Positions 52,956-64,000 of a DNA stretch of 64,000 nucleotides are shown here, piece after piece. The notes below the pieces were generated by a model. That model did not search any database. It was not told the origin of the DNA and was given only the letters and a program-made list of their open reading frames with translations. Made by a program: the position numbers and the translations under genes. The DNA comes from Eledone cirrhosa. Taxonomy: Eukaryota. The stretch lies in the NCBI GenBank assembly GCA_964016885.1, contig OZ024747.1, positions 26,784,001-26,848,000 of the forward strand, written 5' to 3'. Positions within the stretch are counted from its first letter, which is position 1, and the number at the start of each line of letters is the position of its first letter.

Positions 52956-53380
52956 CTCGGTGCTTTCTGTTCTTTCTTTGAACAGTTGTCCACTGGTCCC
53001 TCTGCGCTTGGTTCTCCTTCGGAAGGTGATTTTGCTTTTCACCTTTGCCCTTAGCTTGTTGGTTGCCCGGCCTGCCCTCCATGCCTGCGGCGGAGGGTAT
53101 ATCATTTTCTTTCAGGTCCGTGCTTGTGCTCTCCTCCTTTTCTTTTTCTTTTTCCTCTTCCTTTTCCCTCTCCTTCTCCTCATCCCTCCCTTCGGTTTTC
53201 TCCTCCCTGAGGACACGGCTTAGCATCGCCATATGAGGCGCTATGAGGACATACGCCTTCTCAATTTCTTTTCTCTTTCTCTCTATCTGTGCCAGGGTCC
53301 TCAGAAACCCATGGCTCTTCAGGTTCTCCGCCATCTTTTTGCTTGGTGGAGACCCATCAGCCATGGTCCACCCCTTGATA
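52956..53380 (-). mobile_element. Probable 5' fragment (ORF1-like) of another retroelement fused to the RTE
   Basis: ATG at 53364; encodes a charged coiled-coil/EK-rich peptide and a QWTTVQRK motif of the kind seen in non-LTR ORF1 N-termini. Confidence 0.45.
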
Positions 53381-53382
53381 TG

Positions 53383-53433
<51 letters not shown>

Positions 53434-53478
53434 GTATATATATATATATGTATATATATATATGTATATATATATGTG

Positions 53479-53616
<138 letters not shown>

Positions 53617-53911
53617 TAAAAACAAATAACGAAACGAAATTAAATTTCGTTTCGTTTGTAACTCACTTTTGTATGACTGACGCTTAAACAATTAAGTTAA
53701 AAATGTACATCTACATATGCATACTGAAATACTAGTGTATATATGAATACACACACGTATACATATGTAGGTGTACCAAGTCTTTCACAGGTCGCTTTGC
53801 AGTGAGCGGCCAGCTATTCTGTATGTAAACACACAGACAAACCGGTTTTTAGAGTCATACTGGTTTTTCGGGGGAACACCTTCCCCCTATTCTCCAGAAA
53901 GCCAGACAAGG

Positions 53912-53956
53912 AATATTGAACTAGTTTCGTTGTTGTTACAACTCATCAGCAATATT
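53912..53956 (-). ncRNA. Minimal type I hammerhead ribozyme, unit 1
   Basis: AATATTG-CTGATGA-GTTGT AACA ACAAC-GAAA-CTAG-TT-CAATATT, with a perfect core and palindromic stem III. Confidence 0.9.
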
Positions 53957-54378
53957 TACCTATCTACCGGCCTTTCTGGAGAATTGTAAAAGCACATATC
54001 GTTATATGCTTTTTCTATGAAAATTAGTAGTGGGCAGACTAATTTGCATAGAGTGTGAGTACGCACCGGTTCAGCGGAGACGATAAAAACAAATAACGAA
54101 ACGAAATTAAATTTCGTTTCGTTTGTAACTCACTTTTGTATGACTGACGCTTAAACAATTAAGTTTAAAATGTACATCTACATATGCATACTGAAATACT
54201 AGTGTGTATATGAATACACACACGTATACATATGTAGGTGTACCAAGTCTTTCACTGGTCGCTTTGCAGTGAGCGGCCAGCTATTCTGTATGTAAACACA
54301 CAGACAAACCGGTTTTTAGAGTCATACTGGTTTTTCGGGGGAACACCTTCCCCCTATTCTGCAGAAAGCCAGACAAGG

Positions 54379-54423
54379 AATATTGAACTAGTTTCGTTGT
54401 TGTTACAACTCATCAGCAATATT
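54379..54423 (-). ncRNA. Minimal type I hammerhead ribozyme, unit 2
   Basis: Identical to 53912-53956 and exactly 467 bp away. Confidence 0.9.
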
Positions 54424-54700
54424 TACCTATCTACCGGCCTTTCTGGAGAATTGTAAAAGCACATATCGTTATATGCTTTTTCTGGCTTTCTGGAGAATAG
54501 GGGGAAGGTGTTCCCCCGAAAAACCAGTATGACTCTAAAAACCGGTTTGTCTGTGTGTTTACATACAGAATAGCTGGCCGCTCACTGCAAAGCGACCAGT
54601 GAAAGACTTGGTACACCTACATATGTATACGTGTGTGTATTCATATACACACTAGTATTTCAGTATGCATATGTAGATGTACATTTTTAACTTAATTGTT

Positions 54701-54747
<47 letters not shown>

Positions 54748-54815
54748 GTATATATATATGTATATTATATATATGTATATATATATATATATGTATATAT
54801 ATATGTATATATATG

Positions 54816-54928
<113 letters not shown>

Positions 54929-54929
54929 T

Positions 54930-54980
<51 letters not shown>

Positions 54981-55080
54981 GTATATATATAAATATGTAT
55001 ATATTATAAATATGTATATATATAAATATGTATATATATAAATATGTATATATATATATGTATATATATATGTATATATG

Positions 55081-55167
<87 letters not shown>

Positions 55168-55180
55168 GTATATATATATG

Positions 55181-55245
<65 letters not shown>

Positions 55246-55260
55246 GTATATATATATGTA

Positions 55261-55430
<170 letters not shown>

Positions 55431-55459
55431 CATATATATATATACATATATATATATAC

Positions 55460-55490
<31 letters not shown>

Positions 55491-55555
55491 CATATATATA
55501 TACATACATATATATATACATACATATATATATACATACATATATATATACATAC

Positions 55556-55628
<73 letters not shown>

Positions 55629-55641
55629 CATACATATATAT

Positions 55642-55672
<31 letters not shown>

Positions 55673-55719
55673 CATATATATATACATACATATATATATA
55701 TATATATATACATATATAT

Positions 55720-55838
<119 letters not shown>

Positions 55839-55861
55839 CATATATATATATATGTAGTATA

Positions 55862-55908
<47 letters not shown>

Positions 55909-55969
55909 GTATATATATATGTATATATGTATATATATATATGTATATATATATGTATATATATATATG

Positions 55970-56064
<95 letters not shown>

Positions 56065-56079
56065 GTATATATATATATG

Positions 56080-56126
<47 letters not shown>

Positions 56127-56162
56127 GTATATATATATATGTATATATATATTATATATATG

Positions 56163-56194
<32 letters not shown>

Positions 56195-56218
56195 TATGTA
56201 TGTATATATATATGTATG

Positions 56219-56251
<33 letters not shown>

Positions 56252-56444
56252 ATATATATGTATGTATATATATATGTATGTATATATATATATATGTATG
56301 TATATATATATGTATGTATATATATATGTATGTATATATTTATATATGTATATATATATGTATGTATATATATATATATGTATGTATATATATATGTATG
56401 TATATATATATGTATGTATATATTTATATATGTATATATATATG

Positions 56445-56483
<39 letters not shown>

Positions 56484-56678
56484 ATATATATGTATGTATA
56501 TATATATGTATGTATATATATATATATATGTATGTATATATATATGTATGTATATATATATGTATGTATATATTTATATATGTATATATATATATATATA
56601 TGTATGTATATATATATGTATGTATATATATATGTATGTATATATATATGTGTATATATATATGTATATATATATATG

Positions 56679-56741
<63 letters not shown>

Positions 56742-56996
56742 GTATATATATATATTTATGTATATATATATGTATGTATATATATATGTATATATATATA
56801 TGTATATATATATATGTATGTATATATATATGTATGTATATATATATGTATGTATATATATATGTATATGTATATATATATATGTATATGTATATATATA
56901 TATGTATGTATATATATATGTATATGTATGTATATATATATGTATATGTATGTATATATATATGTATATGTATATATATATATATGTATGTATATA

Positions 56997-57046
<50 letters not shown>

Positions 57047-57167
57047 CATATATATATATATACATATATATATATACATATATATATATACATATATATA
57101 TATACATATATATATATATACATATATATATATACATATATATATATATACATATATATATACATAC

Positions 57168-57374
<207 letters not shown>

Positions 57375-57436
57375 CATACATATATATATACATACATATA
57401 TATATACATACATATATATATATATATACATACATA

Positions 57437-57468
<32 letters not shown>

Positions 57469-57551
57469 CATATATATATATACATATATATATATACATA
57501 TATATATATACATATATATATATATAGTATATATATATGTATATATATATG

Positions 57552-57584
<33 letters not shown>

Positions 57585-57627
57585 GTATATATATATGTAT
57601 ATATATATATGTATATATATATATATG

Positions 57628-57861
<234 letters not shown>

Positions 57862-57883
57862 TGTATGTATATATATATGTATG

Positions 57884-57914
<31 letters not shown>

Positions 57915-58043
57915 ATATATATGTATGTATATATATATGTATGTATATATATATGTATGTATATATATATATATGTATGTATATATATATGTATGTATAT
58001 ATATATGTATGTATATATTTATATATGTATATATATATGTATG

Positions 58044-58074
<31 letters not shown>

Positions 58075-58247
58075 ATATATATGTATGTATATATATATGT
58101 ATGTATATATATATATGTATGTATATATATATGTATGTATATATATATGTATGTATATATTTATATATGTATATATATATATATATGTATGTATATATAT
58201 ATGTATGTATATATATATGTGTATATATATATGTATATATATATATG

Positions 58248-58294
<47 letters not shown>

Positions 58295-58309
58295 GTATAT
58301 ATATATATG

Positions 58310-58340
<31 letters not shown>

Positions 58341-58581
58341 GTATATATATATATGTATGTATATATATATGTATGTATATATATATGTATATATATATAT
58401 GTATATATATATATGTATGTATATATATATGTATGTATATATGTATGTATGTATATATATATGTATATGTATATATATATATATGTATATGTATATATAT
58501 ATATGTATGTATATATATATGTATATGTATGTATATATATATGTATATGTATATATATATATATGTATGTATATATATATG

Positions 58582-58638
<57 letters not shown>

Positions 58639-58687
58639 GTATGTATATATATAATGTATATGTATATATATATATATATGTATGTAT

Positions 58688-58759
<72 letters not shown>

Positions 58760-58783
58760 GTATGTATATATGTATATATATAA

Positions 58784-58822
<39 letters not shown>

Positions 58823-58824
<2 letters not shown>

Positions 58825-59442
58825 CAGGTCACCAGTTGGTCACCAGTTGGTGCTACTGGTAACATGTATCCCAGTACAACCTGTCTCATGGTCGGTTCGT
58901 TGGCGACTAAACTGGCAACCCCACCAAGGTTTCTTGGTGAGGAGGGTGACTTTGGACATCCTGCAGGACTAAAAACAAGACCTGTCAAAGGGCAAAGGAG
59001 CTCTTAAGAGTCAATGGCCATCCAAAATCACAGGGAGAGATGACCCCTTAGCCTTTGTCAAGGCAGAATTCTAGGAGAAGGAAAACTCTGATATAACACC
59101 TGCAACCCTGATGGTATCCAATGATGTTGACTTATTCTTCTTTTTGGTAAATATCATCTTGGTTAAGAGAGTGGGACTGGCTTTGTGCAGTGCCTTTGCT
59201 CACTATAAAAGCTTCACGGTACAGGCACTACTTTATATCTGGAGATATCTCTGCACTTGTCATCACATGTACCATGGGCCCAGCACTATATGTCAATAAT
59301 GGTCACAAGTGGGGTGTTTGTGCCAGAGTTTTCAAGTCGCTGGCTGGACTAAAAAGTCACACTCGTTCAGCGCATCGGTAGGGGTTCTCCTACATGGATA
59401 TAAAGTAGTGGCCGTACTCGAAAACGAGTTGGCAGCCACCAT
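58823..59442 (+). mobile_element. Non-autonomous bipartite RTE derivative (5' UTR + 3' end), copy 1
   Basis: The 5' half shares CCCCTAGCC, TTCTAGGAGAAGG, GATATAA.ACCTGC and GATGTTGA..TTCTTCTTTT with the RTE 5' UTR at ~49576-49695. The 3' half encodes a C2H2-finger remnant. Confidence 0.8.
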
Positions 59443-59501
59443 GTATATATATATGTATGTATGTATATATATATGTATGTATATATATGTATATATATAT
59501 G

Positions 59502-59534
<33 letters not shown>

Positions 59535-59778
59535 GTATATATATATATATGTATGTATGTATATTTCGTTTCTGAATTTGTTTAGCAAGATTCTTTATCT
59601 GAAATCGTGTGTTGAAACCGATATTGTTATACTTTGGGAGGGTCATGTTGCCAATAAGAAACACACGCACCAGTTGCATATGTATATATATATATGTATG
59701 TATATATATATGTATGTATGTATATATATATATATGTATGTATATATATATATATATATGTATGTATATATATATATG

Positions 59779-59857
<79 letters not shown>

Positions 59858-59892
59858 GTATATATATATATGTATATGTATATTTGTATATA

Positions 59893-59924
<32 letters not shown>

Positions 59925-59949
59925 GTATATATATATACATGTATATTTG

Positions 59950-59986
<37 letters not shown>

Positions 59987-60067
59987 GTATATATATGTAT
60001 ATATATATGTATATATATATATGTATATATATATATGTATATATATATGTATGTATATATATATAAG

Positions 60068-60098
<31 letters not shown>

Positions 60099-60099
60099 G

Positions 60100-60148
<49 letters not shown>

Positions 60149-60153
60149 GTATA

Positions 60154-60242
<89 letters not shown>

Positions 60243-60253
60243 GTATATATATG

Positions 60254-60284
<31 letters not shown>

Positions 60285-60367
60285 GTATATATATGTATAT
60301 ATATATATATATATGTATATATATGTATATATATATATGTATATATATGTATATATATATGTATATA

Positions 60368-60414
<47 letters not shown>

Positions 60415-60445
60415 ATATGTATATGTATATATGTATATATGTATG

Positions 60446-60481
<36 letters not shown>

Positions 60482-60540
60482 TATGTATGTATATATATAT
60501 GTATGTATATATATATACATATATATATACATACACATAT

Positions 60541-61115
60541 ATCCCAGTACAACCTGTCCCATGGTCGGGTCGTTGGCGACTAAACTGGCAACCCCACCAA
60601 GGTTTCTTGGTGAGGAGGGTGACTTTGGACATCCTGCAGGACTAAAAACAAAACCTGTCAAAGGGCAAAGGAGCTCTTAAGAGTCAATGGCCATCCAAAA
60701 TCACCGGGAGAGATGACCCCTTAGCCTTTGTCAAGGCAGAATTCTAGGAGAAGGAAAACTCTGATATAACACCTGCAACCCTGATGGTATCCAATGATGT
60801 TGACTTGTTCTTCTTTTTGGTAAATATCATCTTGGTTAAGAGAGTGGGACTGGCTTTGTGCAGTGCCTTTGCTCACTATAAAAGCTTCACGGCACAGGCA
60901 TTGCTTTATATCTGGAGATCTCTCTGCACTTGTCGTCACATGGTACCATGGGCCCAGCACTATGTGTCAGTAATTGTCACAAGTGTAGTGTTTGTACCAG
61001 AGTTTTCAAGTCGCTGGCTGGACTAAAAAGTCACACTCGTTCAGCGCATCGGTAGGGGTTCTCCTACATGGATATAAAGTAGTGGCCGTACTCGAAAACG
61101 AGTTGGCAGCCACCA
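60541..61115 (+). mobile_element. Bipartite RTE derivative, copy 2
   Basis: Direct repeat of 58866-59442; intact [22 protein letters not shown]. Confidence 0.8.
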
Positions 61116-61367
61116 TGTATATATATATGTATGTATATATATATATGTATGTATATATATATGTATGTATATATATTTGTATGTATATATATATATGTAT
61201 GTATATATATTTGTATGTATATATATATATGTATGTATATATATTTGTATGTATATATATATATATATGTATGTATATATATTTGTATGTATATATATAT
61301 ATATATCTATATATATATATATATGTATGTATATATATATCTATATATCTATATATATATATATATG

Positions 61368-61409
<42 letters not shown>

Positions 61410-61536
61410 GTAGGGTAAACATTGATGCAATTCAATTCAATCACTCAACGTACTTTTTCCACATAGGAGTGACGGAGAAAATATTGAATAAGGAAAAGCG
61501 AAGTAGTTTCAGATGTTCAAGTCCTTTAATAATAAT

Positions 61537-61610
61537 GCTGTGATATATATTTCAATGACGACACTGGCCACACTGTTCTGTGTGCGAGTGTCGTGACATC
61601 ATCAGACAGC
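61537..61610 (-). ncRNA. Type I hammerhead ribozyme (left arm of fold-back element 61494-61915)
   Basis: Reverse complement of 61799-61872 with one stem II difference. Confidence 0.8.
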
Positions 61611-61798
61611 TGTCAGCGAATTTCGTTGAAATCTGCGGTGCTAATGGTCAACTTCCTTCGGACATGCGCTTGCGCAGACCGGTGGGAGTGAATTGGTACT
61701 CAGAAGGGAATGGGTGAAAAACCCAAAAGCACGAACTTCATCCGTTCCCATGTCGATTCAATTTGGATTGCCTCGGAAACAACCTTATTATGTAACAA

Positions 61799-61872
61799 GC
61801 TGTCTGATGATGTCATGACACTCGCACACAGAACAGTGTGGCCAGTGTCGTCATTGAAATATATATCACAGC
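61799..61872 (+). ncRNA. Type I hammerhead ribozyme (right arm)
   Basis: GCTGT-CTGATGA-TGTCATGACACT..CACAC AGAACA GTGTG..AGTGTCGTCATT-GAAA-TATATA-TC-ACAGC. Confidence 0.85.
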
Positions 61873-61964
61873 ATTATTATTAAAGGACTTGAACATCTGA
61901 AACTACTTCGCTTTTACTTATTCTATATATGTATGTATATATATATATGTATATGTATATATAT

Positions 61965-62530
61965 GTCAGGTCACCAGTTGGTGCTACTGGTAAATGTACA
62001 ACCTGTCTCATGGTCGGGTCGTTGGTGACTAAACTGACAACCCCACCAAGGTTTCTTGGTGAGGAGGGTGACTTTGGACATCCTGCAGGACTAAAAACAA
62101 AACCTGTCAAAGGGCAAAGAGCTCTTAAGACTCAATGGCCATCCAAAATCACCGGGAGAGATGACCCCTTAGCCTTTGTCAACGCAGAATTCTAGGAGAA
62201 GGAAAACTCTGATATAACACCTGCAACCCTGATGGTAAATATCATCTTGGTTAAGAGAGTGGGACTGGCTTTGTGCAGTGCCTTTGCTCACTATAAAAGC
62301 TTCACGGCACAGGCATTGCTTTATATCTGGAGATATCTCTGCACTTGTCGTCACATGGTACCATGGGCCTAGCACTATGTGTCAATAATTGTCACAGTTG
62401 TAGTGTTCGTACCAGAGTTTTCAAGTCGCTGGCTGGACTAAAAAGTCACACTCGTTTAGCGCATCGGTAGGAGTTCTCCTACATGGATATAAAGTAGTTG
62501 CCATACTCGAAAAGGAGTTGGCAGCCACCA
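61965..62530 (+). mobile_element. Bipartite RTE derivative, copy 3
   Basis: Direct repeat with two small internal deletions. Confidence 0.8.
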
Positions 62531-62944
62531 TATGTATATATATGTATGTATGTATATATATATATGTATATGTATATATATATGTATATATATATATATG
62601 TATATGTATATATATATGTATATATATAAATATATATGAACAATCGTCTGGTTGTGGAACCAACCAACCAACCGGAAATTTATAAATTCTTATATTTATA
62701 AATTTAATTTATAATAAATTGAAGTGAAAGCAACTGGTGCGTGTGTTTCTTATTGGCAACATGACCCTCCCAAAGCATAACAACATCGGATCAATACACG
62801 TTTTTAGATAAAGAATCTTGCTAAACAAATTCAAAAACGAAATATATATATATATATATTATATATATTATATATATATATATGTATATATATATATGTA
62901 TATATATATATACATATATATATATATGTATATATATGTATATA

Positions 62945-62979
<35 letters not shown>

Positions 62980-63380
62980 ATGTATATATATATATGTATA
63001 TATATATATAGAGAGAGAGATGTATGTGTGTGTGTGTACATATGTATATACGGTGGTCGAGAGATTTGGATATTTGTTCTGTTCTGCATTTAAATCCTGC
63101 CGAAGTTCACTTTGCCCTTCATCCTTTCGGAGTCGATAAAGAAAGTACTAACATAGTGCTGATGCAGTTCTCGCTCCTTCTTGCTATCATATCCTCGATG
63201 TTCAGTCGGATTGGGGGAAGGAGGATCGAGAGAGTGTCCGTGTCTAAAGTCATTCTCGATTGTGTGTGAGCGACAGCTGTAGTTTAAGTATGTAAAATGT
63301 AAACTGAAAACAACACAGCGAAACGATACAGTAGAACCTAGACATGTAGTAGTTTAACGCTTGATATAGTAGGAAAACAG

Positions 63381-63416
63381 TCTTAACGTTTCGGGCGTTA
63401 GTCTTTCCTCGGAAGA
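63381..63416 (-). ncRNA. Degenerate hammerhead-like motif
   Basis: TCTT-CCGAGGA-AAGAC TAAC GCCC-GAAA-CG-TT-AAGA; U4C core change and a damaged stem II. Confidence 0.4.
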
Positions 63417-63889
63417 TAGAATGAGAAATCAAAGAAGAAATAGAAAGACAGCGGACAATGAGGCGAGGAAAGAAACGAAAACGAATTTTAGGGGAGAAAA
63501 GGCACACGTGTGTTCAGTTTGCGATTTTGGGGAGGTGCTTGTCAGAATGTATCATAGATATTACAAAGGGTTTGAAAGGAAGATAATCCGTGTCTATTTT
63601 GAGTGGATGTGTGTATGTATGCGTGCAAGCAAGAGAGAGAACTCTTATAACCTAAGCTGATTGAAGTGTTTTAAAACAATTTAAAACAATGCAGCGGGAA
63701 GTGAATATACTTCACTGAGGAGATCTAACATTGAAACATATTCGTTGCTTTCACCAAATTAACTTATAAACAAGATCCATTCTCACTACGTTGTCTTAAA
63801 TTGCTCTAAATGACTTGGATCAACCAAGGTTATATATTCTCTCCTATACACACACAACACGTATACATATGTGTCTAAATTAGAAATCA

Positions 63890-64000
63890 TACTTCTTCTT
63901 GAGAGGGTCTTGAGGGAAGAGTCTTCAAACACTCCTAGCGAATCCTGTCAGAAGCAACCGTCTCCAAGCGAGACCAGCCAGGCTCATGGATGTTGTCCAA
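63890..64000 (-). mobile_element. RTE 3' end, same family as 7500-7640
   Basis: Reverse complement matches TTGGAGACGGTTG...GGAGTGTTTGA.GACTCT.CCCTCA. Confidence 0.7.

Noticed and set aside
54042-54049. Octamer ATTTGCAT suggesting an snRNA promoter
   Set aside because: No snRNA or PSE is recognisable nearby, and it is explained as one arm of a hairpin in the 467-bp unit.
53771-54616. Three near-identical 61-72 aa ORFs
   Set aside because: They start at GTG, lie antisense to the ribozyme strand of the repeat and have no recognisable domain; a by-product of duplication.

Overview
AT-rich, microsatellite-laden animal genomic DNA; the SINE families and the (TA)n/(TATG)n load suggest an octopus or other coleoid cephalopod (inference). 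It contains: (1) a tRNA cluster of three tRNA-Leu(CAG) and one tRNA-Asn(GTT); (2) a complete 12-exon Polycomb EED/esc gene (8166-24713, +, 427 aa) with a U12-type minor intron and an E2F plus E-box promoter; (3) many retroelements: RTE LINEs and their non-autonomous bipartite derivatives, CRE-like RLE elements, tRNA-derived SINEs, and a Penelope-like element (RT + GIY-YIG) with ~2 kb inverted arms; (4) piggyBac-type MITEs and a non-autonomous Helitron. The most striking hidden signal is a set of at least 11 type I hammerhead ribozyme motifs from about 7 unrelated repeat families. Most sit in fold-back or tandem units beside (TA)n tracts. They include a 467-bp tandem retrozyme-like unit, a pair with a compensatory U3-A8 catalytic-core variant, and a monomeric hammerhead antisense in an EED intron. 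The long Tyr/Ile-rich ORFs are microsatellite artefacts.
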